DNA from: Dehalococcoidia bacterium
Lineage (GTDB): Bacteria > Chloroflexota > Dehalococcoidia > UBA2979
DNA length: 59,282 nucleotides
Direction of reading: 5' to 3'
Assembly: GCA_003599735.1 (NCBI GenBank)
Contig: QZJI01000040.1
Span: 1 to 59,282, forward strand
Shown: positions 40,120 through 54,674 of the stretch, piece after piece
Layout of the letters: each line of letters starts with the position of its first letter
Numbering within the stretch: the stretch's first letter is position 1
Notes under the pieces: generated by a model
Told to the model about the DNA's origin: nothing
What the model saw: the letters and a program-made list of their open reading frames with translations, nothing else
Database searches by the model: none
Program-made: the position numbers and the translations under genes

Positions 40120-41337
40120 TCACGCCCCGGGTTTCGTAGCGGCGACAATGTATACGGGGTTCAGCGCCTCGAGGCGCGTCGCGGCGGCGATCGCGACTCC
40201 TCGAGCGACCGACACCTGTGTCAGCTCTGGTGCCCACCCACGCAGCCGATCGATCGCTTCGGCGACGCGCTCCACCGCGACCAGATTCAGCACCAGCCGA
40301 CCGGACGGACGCAGGCGGACGGTACACGCATCGATGATCGCGGGGAGATCAGCACCACCGCCGCCCACGAAGACCGCGTCCGGATTCGGCAACGTCGTGA
40401 GGGCCGCCGCCGCCTCTCCCTGTATCGCCTCAACCTGCGGGGTGCGGAACCGCACGCGGTTTTCGCGGATGAAGACGACCTGCGCAGGGTCACGCTCGAC
40501 CGCGTATACGCTGCCGCCTGGCAACTGCAGCGCCGCCTCGATCCCGACCGCACCCGAGCCCGCACCGACGTCCCAGAGCACGTCGGACGGGCGTAGCCGG
40601 AGCGCGGCGACGCTCAACGCGCGTACCTCGGCTTTCGTGATCATGCCGTTGCGGTGCGCGAACTCCTCGTCCGGGATCGCGCTCCGCTGGTATGGTGCAA
40701 CCTCAACGGGATCGCGCAGGACAACAAGCAGCGACAGCGAGGGATGTGGTCCGCCGGCGGCGATCTGGCTGAGCCGTCCGCGCACGATGCGTTCGCGCTC
40801 GCCACCGAGGTGCGAGCACACTGCCGCCTCCGCGTCCTCCATCCCCGCGTCGAGCAAGGCGCGCGCGACCGCACAGGCATCGTTGTGGTCGTCGAGCAGG
40901 ATCGCCATGCGCGCACAGCTCATCGCGCGGGCAAGGACGGGACGCAGCTCCCGTCCATGTGCGCTCAGCGTCATGACGTCGCGCGTCGGTTCGCCGAGGC
41001 GCGCGAATGCCACCTGTACGCTCGACACGTGAGGCAGGATCTTGACGCGTCCAGCGCCCAACCGGGTGACCAGCGTGGCGCCGATCCCGAACAGCATCGG
41101 ATCCCCCGATGCGAGCACGACCTGGTGCTCCGAGGACTCCGCCTCCAACAGGCTCAACGCACCCGCGAAGTCGCTACTGAGGTCGACCTTGCGAGCCAGG
41201 TGATCGACGAACATCGCGAGGTGACGGGTGCCGCCAAACAGCACCTCTGCGCTTGCGATCGCTGCGCGCGAGTGGTCCTCGATGCCTGCCGGTCCGTCAT
41301 CGCCGATGCCCACGACCGTGATGCGCGGCCGGCTCAT
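40120..41337 (-). CDS. cobL: Precorrin-6Y C5,15-methyltransferase (CbiE-CbiT fusion)
   Basis: VVGIGDDG, LASGDPMLFGIG, SAHGR, MITKAEVRA, WDVGAGSG, PDAVFVGGG; start ATG 41337. Confidence 0.92.
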   Translation of the reverse strand: MSRPRITVVGIGDDGPAGIEDHSRAAIASAEVLFGGTRHLAMFVDHLARKVDLSSDFAGALSLLEAESSEHQVVLASGDPMLFGIGATLVTRLGAGRVKILPHVSSVQVAFARLGEPTRDVMTLSAHGRELRPVLARAMSCARMAILLDDHNDACAVARALLDAGMEDAEAAVCSHLGGERERIVRGRLSQIAAGGPHPSLSLLVVLRDPVEVAPYQRSAIPDEEFAHRNGMITKAEVRALSVAALRLRPSDVLWDVGAGSGAVGIEAALQLPGGSVYAVERDPAQVVFIRENRVRFRTPQVEAIQGEAAAALTTLPNPDAVFVGGGGADLPAIIDACTVRLRPSGRLVLNLVAVERVAEAIDRLRGWAPELTQVSVARGVAIAAATRLEALNPVYIVAATKPGA

Positions 41338-41576
41338 AGCGAACTCGCAGATGTCGCCCACGCACGCGCGGCGATCTCCGTGCCATGCGTGACGTCCGGG
41401 ACCGGGAAGGTCGCGTCGCGGCCAACCGGCAGCCAGACATCGATTGAGTCGGGCGCCGATCCACTGACGAGGTACTGGGTCGCCGCTTTCCCGGCGGTCG
41501 CGGCACACGCACCGGTGGTGTATCCCATGCTCGCCCCATGGCCACGCGGTGCAGCCGGGCCTTCGTCATTTGTCAT
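41334..41576 (-). pseudogene. cbiD: cbiD remnant (80 codons, internally deleted)
   Basis: GYTTGACAATAGKAA and PDVTHGTEIAAR are CbiD N-terminal motifs; the KDAGDD segment between them and most of the protein are missing. Confidence 0.8.
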
Positions 41577-43231
41577 AGTCGTGGTCCGTGACCCCGCAGC
41601 GGCGCCGGCCGTGGAGAAAGGTGGCCGCTGGTCCAGTAGTGGTGGGTCTTCGCTACCACGGTGATCACGCTCTTCACCTCGTCCTCCATCGTGAACGAGG
41701 GACGGGCGGGGACATACAGCGCGTTCCCTCGGGCACGCGCGTCGACGTTCTCGAGGATGATCGTCGCGCACATCCAGGCGGCCATGCGCTCACTGGCGCA
41801 CGTGACTGTGATCCATCCCGGTTCCGCCAGTTCGGACACGAGGCCGGTCGTCTCGTAGATACCGCGGCGTACTTCGTCTATCGGGTCACCCACAGCCGGC
41901 GCGGATCCCTCGAGTTCGATACTCCGCACCGGATCGTCTGGCCCGCGATGCGGCGGCCCCCCGAACAGCGAGAGCTCGCAGAACGACTGCCACATCTGAC
42001 TCCAGTCGGGCCGGCCATCCTCGCGATAGGTGAATGGCGCTGAGCTCATGACGTACCCGGCGGCCCCCAGGTCGTTGGCGGACTCTAGGACGTCCCCGAT
42101 AAAAGGGCCGTGCATCGCGCGGTCGAGCGCGATGTTCGTCAGCCCGGAGTGCGAGCCGATCGGCGCCGCGAGGCAGATCTGCGTCCCTGGATATTCCTCG
42201 GCAGCCTGGCGCAGCAGCGCGGGCAGGTCGCGGAGCACGTGCTTCCCTTCGTGCAGGAAATACGGCACAGCTACGATGTTGCGCGCACCCTGCAGCACGC
42301 ACCGCCCGACGCCTTCTGGGATCGTCGGCGCGGCCAGCTGCACAAATCCCGGCTCGACGATCCCGATCGGGCCGCGCGCTGCCATCTCCGCCATCACCCG
42401 TTCCATCGCGCGTGCAGCCTCGGGCTCGCGGCTGCCGTGGCCCACGAGCAGGATCGCGTCAGGACGGGAGCGCTCACGCGGCTTCTCACCGGTGCGCTCC
42501 GAAGCGATCCGCAGCAACGTGTTGATGGCGGAGACCGCCAGCGGTGTACCGCCGCGATGCCCGCGCAGCGTCACGTACGGCACGTCGCGCTGTCGCAGTT
42601 CCTCTTTCGACTCCGCGGCCGCTACGTATCCTACGGGGAATCCAAGGACGAGCTCGGGACGCGCGATCCCTGCGTCAATCAGATCAAGCAGTGCGAGCAA
42701 CGCCGTCGGAGCATTGCCGATCGCTACGACCGCCCCCGACAGTTGCTCGGCGTGCTCCAACACTGCCTGCGCGGAGCGCGTAATCCCGCGGACGCGAGCG
42801 TCTTCTGCAACCCCGGCCGCATCCAGCAGGCAGCGCACGTCCACACCGACGGCATCAGCCGTCGCCTGATCGACACCACTCACCACCATCCGCACATCTG
42901 CGAACAGCGCCTGTCCCGCGCGAAGCGCTTCCACGCCACGCTCAACGGCGCCGGGGGCAAACTCCAGGTCACTGAGGATCGACGGATCCCCGACGGCGTA
43001 GGCGAGGCGCAACGCAAGCCGCGCCTCATCCCCGACCCACGGCAACACGCCGGCCTCTGTTTGGAGACGCTCGATGCTGAGGGCTTCGATAGCTCCTGGC
43101 GCCATCGCGAAGCGTCGCAGTATCGGACCAGGTTCGGGTGCGGCCACCGCTCGCCTCCATTCGTCGCGCGCTTCGCGCAACGAAAACCCCTCACGAGGAG
43201 GGGCGGCGTGTGACGGCTGAGCCGACCACAT
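41573..43231 (-). CDS. Fusion of precorrin-8X methylmutase (CbiC/CobH), CbiX-type cobaltochelatase and an unknown C-terminal domain
   Basis: AIGNAPTAL, GFPVGYVAAAESK, RGGTPLA (CbiC); LLVGHGSR, VPYFLHEGKHVLRDLP (CbiX); then DGRPDWSQMWQSFCELSLFGGPPHRG...VITVVAKTHHYW. Confidence 0.88.
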   Translation of the reverse strand: MWSAQPSHAAPPREGFSLREARDEWRRAVAAPEPGPILRRFAMAPGAIEALSIERLQTEAGVLPWVGDEARLALRLAYAVGDPSILSDLEFAPGAVERGVEALRAGQALFADVRMVVSGVDQATADAVGVDVRCLLDAAGVAEDARVRGITRSAQAVLEHAEQLSGAVVAIGNAPTALLALLDLIDAGIARPELVLGFPVGYVAAAESKEELRQRDVPYVTLRGHRGGTPLAVSAINTLLRIASERTGEKPRERSRPDAILLVGHGSREPEAARAMERVMAEMAARGPIGIVEPGFVQLAAPTIPEGVGRCVLQGARNIVAVPYFLHEGKHVLRDLPALLRQAAEEYPGTQICLAAPIGSHSGLTNIALDRAMHGPFIGDVLESANDLGAAGYVMSSAPFTYREDGRPDWSQMWQSFCELSLFGGPPHRGPDDPVRSIELEGSAPAVGDPIDEVRRGIYETTGLVSELAEPGWITVTCASERMAAWMCATIILENVDARARGNALYVPARPSFTMEDEVKSVITVVAKTHHYWTSGHLSPRPAPLRGHGPRL

Positions 43232-43265
43232 GCCTGACCCGTACCTCGCGGGTGAGCACACATCA

Positions 43266-43365
43266 CGGCTCCGGCGACCTGGCTGACGGCTCACGGCGAC
43301 AATACGCCGGGCCGATCACAGTTGCGGGACAGCGTCGGGATCACACCGACTTCGCGGAGCTGGAC
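43266..43365 (-). ncRNA. Cobalamin riboswitch
   Basis: Minus strand GAAGTCGGTGTGATCCCGACGCTGTCCCGCAACTGTGA...AGCCAGG with GCTCCG/CGGAGC closing stem, upstream of the corrin operon; TGCTATGAT extended -10 at 43372-43380. Confidence 0.88.
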
Positions 43366-43528
43366 AGCCCAATCATAGCAGCGTCGAGGTCAGCCGCGTA
43401 TTGGCGCCGGAACCGACCAAGGACCTGCTCTGGCAAGCGTGGAAAAGCTACGCGTTGTTTCGACATCGCTTCGAGGTAGCGCCCCCGCGATCCCTGCGCA
43501 CAGTCCCGTGTGTGCTACATTTAGCGCC

Positions 43529-43610
43529 TGCACACGGGGTGGTCGGGAGTGCCCGGCCTGAGAAGAAACCCGTCAACCTGATCCGGGTAATGCCGGCGGA
43601 GGGATGTGCG
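43529..43610 (+). ncRNA. TPP riboswitch
   Basis: CGGGGTG...CTGAGAAGAAACCCG..AACCTGATCCGGGTAATGCCGGCGGAGGGA upstream of thiD. Confidence 0.93.
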
Positions 43611-43731
43611 ATGCGACAGACCAATTGGGTCTCTCCGTCACACCACCACCTGGTTGAGATGTCGAGGACGCCTTCTGTGTCCCTCGCCGCTTCGTGTGCA
43701 CACCTTGGGCACGCAAGCGGAGGGGATCAGT

Positions 43732-44583
43732 ATGAGCACCGTGCTGACCATTGCGGGGTCGGATAGCAGCGGCGGGGCAGGGATACAGGCGGACCTCAAG
43801 ACGATTTCCGCCAACGGTGGCTACGGCCTCTGTGTCCTCACCGCTGTGACCGCTCAGAACACGAAGACTGTCACCGCTGCCTTCGCCCTACCGGTCGACG
43901 TGATCGAGGCGCAGTTCGCCGCGCTCTTCGACGACTTCGAGATACACGCCGCGAAAAGCGGCATGCTGGCCGACCACGAGCGCGTCGCGGTTGTCGCAGC
44001 ATGCATGCGTCGCTATCGCCCTCCGCACTATGTCCTTGACCCCGTCATGATCTCGACGTCCGGCTTCCCCCTGCTTGTCGCGGACGCCGTCAGCGCTATG
44101 CGCGAGGAACTCCTGCCGCTGGCGGCGCTTGTTACCCCAAATGTCCACGAGGCGCAGATGTTTGCGGGGATGGACATCCGCACAGTGGCCGATGCAGTGG
44201 AAGCGGGTCGGCGGATTCTCGACCTCGGTCCGCAGGCCGTACTCGTCAAGGGCGGCCATCTGGAGGAGCAACCCGGGACCGATGTCCTGGTAAGCCATGA
44301 CGGCGCAGAGGTCATCGAGGGCGAGTACCTGGATAGCCGCAACACCCACGGGACCGGCTGCACATTATCGGCCGCCATCGCGACACACCTGGCGGACGGG
44401 GTAGACCTCAGTACGGCCGTGCACAGGGCAAAGCAATACCTCACCGAAGCTATCCGATACGGCCCTGTACTGGGGCAGGGTGTGCGCCCCACTGACCACT
44501 TCTTCATGCTGCGCCACACGACAGTCCACAGTGATACCCCTCGGCCACTCGGCCACGTGATGCACGAGGAGGCGGCACGATGA
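43732..44583 (+). CDS. thiD: HMP/HMP-P kinase
   Basis: LTIAGSDSSGGAGIQADLKT, VLDPVM, VKGGH, NTHGTGCTLS. Confidence 0.95.
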   Translation: MSTVLTIAGSDSSGGAGIQADLKTISANGGYGLCVLTAVTAQNTKTVTAAFALPVDVIEAQFAALFDDFEIHAAKSGMLADHERVAVVAACMRRYRPPHYVLDPVMISTSGFPLLVADAVSAMREELLPLAALVTPNVHEAQMFAGMDIRTVADAVEAGRRILDLGPQAVLVKGGHLEEQPGTDVLVSHDGAEVIEGEYLDSRNTHGTGCTLSAAIATHLADGVDLSTAVHRAKQYLTEAIRYGPVLGQGVRPTDHFFMLRHTTVHSDTPRPLGHVMHEEAAR

Positions 44584-45248
44584 GCACCTCACAGCACGCT
44601 ATCCCGCGGCTACAGGTCATCACGGATGAACAGATTCAAAGCCGGTATTCGCACATTGAGATCATGGAGATGGCGCTCCGCGGTGGTGCCGACGCAGTGC
44701 AGTTTCGCGAAAAGCGCGCGTGGGCCACGCGCGCGCTCATCGACGTAGTGACGACGATGCTGCCGATCGCGCGTCAGTACGGCGGGATGTTGATCGTCGA
44801 CGATCGCCCCGACGTAGCCCTCAGTGCCGGTGCGACGGCTGTCCACCTGGGACGCAACGACCTGGATGTGGCGACCGCACGACGAATCCTCGGACAGGAC
44901 GCATTGATCGGCGGGACGGCCAACTCATTCGAAGAGGCGGCGCGCGCCTGGGAGACCGACATCGACTACCTCGGTGTTGGTCCGATCTATGGGACGCACA
45001 CGAAGGCGAACCCTGCTCCTGACATGGGCTTGGCGACACTGGCACGGATCTGTTCCGCATGCCCGATACCAGTGATCGCTATCGGGAGCATCACCGCCGA
45101 GCGTATCGCGGACGTCATCCAGGCTGGCGCGTATGGCGTTGCGATCGTCTCCGCTGTCGTGGCATCTGAGGACGTCGAAGCGGCTACCCGGATGTGCCGC
45201 GAACGCCTGGATGCGGCACTCCTAAAGTCGCAGGCTACCCCACCATGA
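44580..45248 (+). CDS. thiE: Thiamine-phosphate synthase
   Basis: VQFREK, IVDDRPD, VHLGRND, DYLGVGPIYGTHTK. Confidence 0.9.
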   Translation: MSTSQHAIPRLQVITDEQIQSRYSHIEIMEMALRGGADAVQFREKRAWATRALIDVVTTMLPIARQYGGMLIVDDRPDVALSAGATAVHLGRNDLDVATARRILGQDALIGGTANSFEEAARAWETDIDYLGVGPIYGTHTKANPAPDMGLATLARICSACPIPVIAIGSITAERIADVIQAGAYGVAIVSAVVASEDVEAATRMCRERLDAALLKSQATPP

Positions 45249-46392
45249 ATGCAGCCTCGCCCGATATCTGCGTGGTCGGCGGCGGGATCATCGGCCTCGC
45301 CACCGCCTGCGAACTCGCGGGGCGCGGGCTGCGCGTGACCGTCGTCGAGGCTGCCAGCATCGGTGAACGCGCAGCGGCCGGCGTCGCGGCAGGGATGATC
45401 GGCCCCGTCTCCGAAGTCGATGTGTCGCATCCAGATCTCACGCGGTTTGCCCTAGCCAGCCACCGAGACTACCCGGCGTGGATCGAGCAAATTGAGGCGG
45501 TCTCACACATCCGTACCGGCTTCGACCGGACGGGGACCCTCTGGGTCGCCGTGCACCGCGATCACGTCGCGTGGCTCGAACATCTGCGTGCGTTCCAGAT
45601 CGACCGTGGCCTCAACACAATCCGGCTCACAGCCGGAGAGGTGCGGGCCCGTGAGCCGTTGATCGCGCCAAACACATCGGGTGGTCTGCTGGCCAGCGAC
45701 GACTGGCAGGTGGACCCACGTCGGTTGCTAGGAGCGCTCATAGAAGTGCTCGCCCAATACCACGGGACGCTCCTGCAGCAGGTCTCCGTGGAACGGGTGG
45801 AGCGTTGCGATGAGGGATGGGCCGTCGTTGCGGGAGGCGAGCGCGGCCGCACACGCATCGAGGCGCGTAGCGTCTTGCTCGCTCCTGGCGCCTACGGAAC
45901 CGGGTTACTGGAGCCCCTCCTCCGGGACACCGGCCTACGCCCGGTGAAGGGCCAAGTCGCCCGCCTCCGTGGTGAGATTGACGTGCACCACGTGATCCGG
46001 ACACCGGACGTGTACCTCGTACCCCGCGCGGACGGCGAAGTTGTCATTGGCGCGACGGTCGAGGAGATGGGGTTCGACGGGCGCGTCACCGCTGGTGCGG
46101 TTCACGACCTGCTCCGGGAAGCCCGCCGCGCGCTTCCCGGGATCGCCGAACTCGAACTGGTTGAGGTCCGTGCCGGATTCCGTCCAGTGCTCCGAGACCA
46201 CCTCCCCGCAGTCGGCAGGATCGACGAAGGACTCTTCATCGCAGTTGGGCACTATCGCAACGGGGTGGCCCTTGCACCGATCACCGCGCGGCTCCTGGCT
46301 GACCTGATCTGTGAAGGGGTTGCCGATCAGATCCTCGCGCCATTCAACCCACTTCGGTTCGCACAGCCGCTCGTAGCGAACGCAGTGCCGAC

Positions 46393-46396
<4 letters not shown>
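45245..46396 (+). CDS. thiO: Glycine oxidase
   Basis: VVGGGIIG, AAGMIGP, RPVKGQ, YLVPR, GFRP, GHYRNGVALAP. Confidence 0.93.
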
Positions 46397-50664
<4,268 letters not shown>

Positions 50665-50707
50665 CGAAGGACCGGTCGGGCCCCTGCAGAGACGGGAAGG
50701 ACATCGT

Positions 50708-51367
50708 GTGCCGGATCTCTATGACACTATTTATCGCCGCCGGGATGTGCGACGCGAATTTACCGGCGCGCCGCTGCCGACCGGGGCACTCGAGCGCATG
50801 CTCGCTGCGGCCCATGCAGCGCCGAGCGTGGGGCTGAGCCAGCCATGGGATTTCGTGATCGTCACCAACCCGGATACACGGCACACGTTCTGGGAACATG
50901 TTCAGGTCGAGCGCGCACGGTTCATGGCCGACCTCGACGAACGACGGTCTGCCGCGTTCGCGCAGATCAAGATCGACGGCGTCCTCGAATCAACTCTCTC
51001 GATCGTCGTCACCTATGACGCGCAACGCGGCGCACCGCACGTCTTGGGCCGGCATGCGATCAACGATGCCGGCCTCTACTCCGTCTGCCTGGCGATTGAG
51101 AACCTTTGGCTCGCCGCCACCGCGGAGGCACTCGGGGTAGGCTGGGTCTCATTTTGTCGCGAGGAGTTCATTGCGGAGTTGCTTCGGCTACCGGACGGCA
51201 TCCGACCGGTCGCATGGTTATGCCTCGGGCCGGTTGCAGAGCTCGCCCGCATACCGGATCTCGAAGCGGCGAACTGGCGGTCACGGAAGCCACTGGCCGA
51301 CGTGGTGCATTACGGGACCTGGGGCGAGCGAAGTGCGCCTCAAGACTTGGGCGGGACCGCTACCTAA
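50708..51367 (+). CDS. bluB: 5,6-dimethylbenzimidazole synthase
   Basis: RRDVRREF, APSVGLSQPW, IKIDGVLES, VLGRH, YSVCLAIENLWL, GVGWVS. Confidence 0.92.
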   Translation: MPDLYDTIYRRRDVRREFTGAPLPTGALERMLAAAHAAPSVGLSQPWDFVIVTNPDTRHTFWEHVQVERARFMADLDERRSAAFAQIKIDGVLESTLSIVVTYDAQRGAPHVLGRHAINDAGLYSVCLAIENLWLAATAEALGVGWVSFCREEFIAELLRLPDGIRPVAWLCLGPVAELARIPDLEAANWRSRKPLADVVHYGTWGERSAPQDLGGTAT

Positions 51368-51471
51368 TGCAGGGCGCGGCGGGATTCTTGTCGTCCGACG
51401 CGCTTCGCCTCCGTGCGTGCTCACAGCGTGTCGGGGTGCATACCTGCAGACAGGCCGCGCTAGGCTCACTG

Positions 51472-51587
51472 GGACTACCTCAACCGTCGTGACCTGAGAG
51501 GGTTCCCTGGCCGGTGCCGCACTTGGAATCGATGACCGGGTTCCGATGAAGCCCTCCGAAAGTCAGTTCACGTGACGGAAGGGGATC
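51472..51587 (+). ncRNA. Candidate rod-shaped structured RNA between convergent genes
   Basis: Nested pairings CCGTC/GACGG, GTGA/TCAC, CTGA/TCAG, GAGGGTTCC/GGAGCCCTC, CCGGT/ACCGG; TAGGCT -10-like box at 51461-51466. Confidence 0.4.
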
Positions 51588-51598
51588 ATCGCGATCGA

Positions 51599-52024
51599 TC
51601 AAGGCTCGACGATGCGCAACCGTAAGCGCGGCGTCTCGTGCTGGCATTTGGGACAGCGGTAAACGAGCTCCACGGTATGTCCGCATGCCTGGTCGATGAT
51701 CGTGAGCTCGTGGGCGGTATAGCGCTCGCCCCACAAGAGGAGCGCGCCCACGGCCAGCCCGAGGCCGTGCCCCTTCGGCGTCAGGAAATACTCGGCGCGC
51801 GGTGGCGCAATACTGTACGAGCGACGCTCGATGACAGCCGCCGCTTCCAGTCGCTTCAGGCGGTCCGCGAGGACGTTCGAGGCGATGCCCACCACCGACC
51901 CGCGGAGTTCGCTAAAACGTGTACGGCCTTGCAACAGGTCGCGCACGATCAGCAGAGACCAACGGTCCCCCACGAGGTCCAAGGCGGCGCCCAGTGGGTC
52001 GCGTGAATTCCGGCGTGCGCTCAT
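51599..52024 (-). CDS. HxlR-family regulator with C-terminal Cys cluster
   Basis: ALDLVGDRWSLLIVRDL, RFSEL, PPRAEYFLTPKG; CGH...YRCPKC. Confidence 0.9.
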   Translation of the reverse strand: MSARRNSRDPLGAALDLVGDRWSLLIVRDLLQGRTRFSELRGSVVGIASNVLADRLKRLEAAAVIERRSYSIAPPRAEYFLTPKGHGLGLAVGALLLWGERYTAHELTIIDQACGHTVELVYRCPKCQHETPRLRLRIVEP

Positions 52025-52068
52025 CGGATGTCCTCGGGGCCAGGGGTGTGTTTGGGCGGCATCGGTCA

Positions 52069-52083
52069 GTTGCAATATACAAC
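52069..52083. promoter_or_regulatory. Imperfect palindrome GTTG-N7-CAAC, possible HxlR operator
   Basis: GTTGCAATATACAAC in the AT-rich core of the hxlR/fbiC divergent promoter. Confidence 0.45.
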
Positions 52084-52153
52084 CGAGTGTCCTCCTGCGA
52101 CCGAATACGGTGACGGGCGCGGTGAAGCGCTGCGTGCTGAAGGGGAGGACACC

Positions 52154-54643
52154 GTGGAAGATTCGATTGCCGGGCTGCTTGCGCGGGCACTGGAGCATGG
52201 CCGCCTGGACCGTGACGATGCACGTGCACTTGTTGCCGCGCGCGACCTGCCGCCGCTGCTTGAGACTGCTTCCACGCTTCGAGACCGTGCGCATGCAAAT
52301 GTCGTCTCTTACTCCCGGAAGGTATTCATCCCGCTCACCCAGCTCTGTCGCGACGTGTGCCACTACTGCACCTTTGCGCAGCCACCGAAGCCTGGAGCCG
52401 CGGCTTATCTCACGCGCGAGGAGGTGCTCGCTATCGCGCGCGCTGGCGCGGCCGCTGGATGCAACGAGGCGCTCTTCACGCTCGGGGACAAACCCGAGCT
52501 GCGCTACTCGGTGGCGCGAGAGGCGCTCGCTGCGGTGGGCCACGAGACCACCATCGGCTACCTCGTTGAGATGGCGCGGGCGGTGCTCGACGAGGTCGGG
52601 TTGCTGCCGCATATGAATCCGGGGGTGATGACGCGAGAGGAGATCGCGGCGCTACGCACGGTGTCGGTCTCGCAGGGGATTATGCTCGAGAGCGTCTCGC
52701 CGCGGCTTGGTGCGCGAGGCGGGGTACACCACGGTTCCCCCGACAAGGAACCCGCAGCGCGTCTGGAGACCATTCGGCTCGCGGGCGAGCTGCGCGTGCC
52801 CTTCACTTCGGGGCTCCTGATCGGCATCGGCGAGACGCGGCTGGAGCGCATCGAGTCGCTCCTCGCACTGCGCGACCTGTCTGAGCAATACGGGCACATC
52901 CAGGAAATCATCGTCCAGAACTTCCGCGCGAAGGCTGGCACGAAGATGGCAGACGCGCCAGAACCCACGCTCGAGGACCTGCAGTGGACGATTGCAGTCG
53001 CGCGACTGATCTTCGGTCCGGCCATGAACATCCAGGCGCCGCCGAACCTCAGCCCACGCAGCTATGACCGCCTGATCGCTGCCGGGATCAATGACTGGGG
53101 TGGGGTATCGCCGGTGACGCCCGACCACGTGAACCCGGAGGCACCCTGGCCCCATCTCGAAGCGCTGCGCACCCAGACGGCGCGGGCCGGAAAGGCCTTG
53201 ACCGAGCGACTGGCGATCTATCCCGCGTATGCCCGCGATGCGGACCGATGGCTGGACTCAGGGCTGGTCCCGAGGGTGCTGGGCGCGATGGATAGCGAAG
53301 GCTTCGCACGCGCGGACAATTGGTCCCCCGGCAGCGCGGTCGCCCCACCGGCGCGGGACGGGGTGACGATGGGGACCTCACCGGGAGGCAAGGGCTCGAC
53401 GGCGACCGTGGCGGTACGCGCGCTCCTCGACCGGACGCTGGCAGGTGACGCTCTCGACGAAGCCGGGATCGTCCGCCTCTTCGGCGCACGCGGAGACGAC
53501 TACCTTGCCGTCTGTGCGGCCGCCGATGATCTCCGCCGTCGTGTCAACGGTGACACCGTCACCTATGTCGTCAATCGCAACATCAACTACACGAACGTCT
53601 GCTACTTCCGCTGCCAGTTCTGCGCGTTCTCCAAAGGCAAGCTGAGCGAGAACCTCCGCGGCGCACCCTACGTGCTCGGTGTCGACGAGATCGTCCGGCG
53701 CAGCCAAGAAGCCTGGGAGCGCGGCGCGACCGAGGTGTGTATGCAGGGCGGCATCCACCCCGAGTACACGGGTGAGACCTACCTGGAGATCTGCAGATCC
53801 GTGAAGGAGGCCGTGCCCGGCATGCATGTGCACGCGTTCTCGCCACTCGAGGTCTGGCAGGGAGCGCAGACGCTGGGCGTATCGCTGGCAGCGTTTCTCG
53901 GCAGCCTTCGCGACGCGGGGCTGGGAACGCTGCCGGGGACGGCAGCAGAGATTTTGGACGATGAGGTCCGTGCCGTGCTCTGTCCCGACAAGATCAATAC
54001 GGCGCAGTGGCTTGAGGTGATGGAAACTGCCCACGGGCTCGGCTTCCGTACTACCGCGACGATCATGTACGGCCACCTTGAGCGTCCGCTTTCGTGGGCG
54101 CGCCATCTGCTGCGGTTGAAGGAGCTGCAGGCGCGCACGGGCGGCTTCACGGAGTTCGTGCCGCTCCCGTTCGTCCACATGGAAGCCCCCGTCTACCTGA
54201 AAGGTCGGGCACGCCGTGGCCCGACCTTCCGCGAGGCCGTGCTGATGCACGCCGTGGCGCGTCTCGCGCTGTACCCCGAGTTCCGGAACATCCAGGTGTC
54301 GTGGGTCAAGATGGGGCCGGAGGGCGTGAAAGCCTGCCTCGCGGCGGGCGCGAACGACCTCGGCGGGACGCTGATGAACGAGAGCATCACGCGGGCGGCG
54401 GGCGCCGTGCACGGGGAAGAGATGCCGCCGGAGGCGATGGACCGACTGATCCGTTCGCTGGACCGCGTGCCCGCCCAGCGAAGCACTGCGTATGGCGGGG
54501 TGTCCGACGAGCGGGTGCGGGCTTCGTACAGGGCGGCGGTGCTCAGTCCTGTGGCGCTGCCGATGGCCGAACGGTATGCGCGCGACCCCGCTTCCAATGC
54601 GTCGCGAAAGCTCGTGCGGTTCGGCACAGACAAAGATGGGTAG
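52154..54643 (+). CDS. fbiC: FO synthase (CofG-CofH fusion), F420 biosynthesis
   Basis: Two radical SAM motifs CRDVCHYC and CYFRCQFC; [35 protein letters not shown]; GTG 52154 with GGAGG. Confidence 0.95.
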   Translation: MEDSIAGLLARALEHGRLDRDDARALVAARDLPPLLETASTLRDRAHANVVSYSRKVFIPLTQLCRDVCHYCTFAQPPKPGAAAYLTREEVLAIARAGAAAGCNEALFTLGDKPELRYSVAREALAAVGHETTIGYLVEMARAVLDEVGLLPHMNPGVMTREEIAALRTVSVSQGIMLESVSPRLGARGGVHHGSPDKEPAARLETIRLAGELRVPFTSGLLIGIGETRLERIESLLALRDLSEQYGHIQEIIVQNFRAKAGTKMADAPEPTLEDLQWTIAVARLIFGPAMNIQAPPNLSPRSYDRLIAAGINDWGGVSPVTPDHVNPEAPWPHLEALRTQTARAGKALTERLAIYPAYARDADRWLDSGLVPRVLGAMDSEGFARADNWSPGSAVAPPARDGVTMGTSPGGKGSTATVAVRALLDRTLAGDALDEAGIVRLFGARGDDYLAVCAAADDLRRRVNGDTVTYVVNRNINYTNVCYFRCQFCAFSKGKLSENLRGAPYVLGVDEIVRRSQEAWERGATEVCMQGGIHPEYTGETYLEICRSVKEAVPGMHVHAFSPLEVWQGAQTLGVSLAAFLGSLRDAGLGTLPGTAAEILDDEVRAVLCPDKINTAQWLEVMETAHGLGFRTTATIMYGHLERPLSWARHLLRLKELQARTGGFTEFVPLPFVHMEAPVYLKGRARRGPTFREAVLMHAVARLALYPEFRNIQVSWVKMGPEGVKACLAAGANDLGGTLMNESITRAAGAVHGEEMPPEAMDRLIRSLDRVPAQRSTAYGGVSDERVRASYRAAVLSPVALPMAERYARDPASNASRKLVRFGTDKDG

Positions 54644-54674
54644 CGCTCACGCCGCTGGCGTCCCTCAGGATGGC

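Noticed and set aside
51490-51565. Hammerhead ribozyme or glycine riboswitch (CTGAGAG...CGAAA; CTCTCAGG on the minus strand)
   Set aside because: CUGANGA spacing and stem II closure do not fit, and the glycine-aptamer core is absent; kept only as an unassigned RNA candidate.
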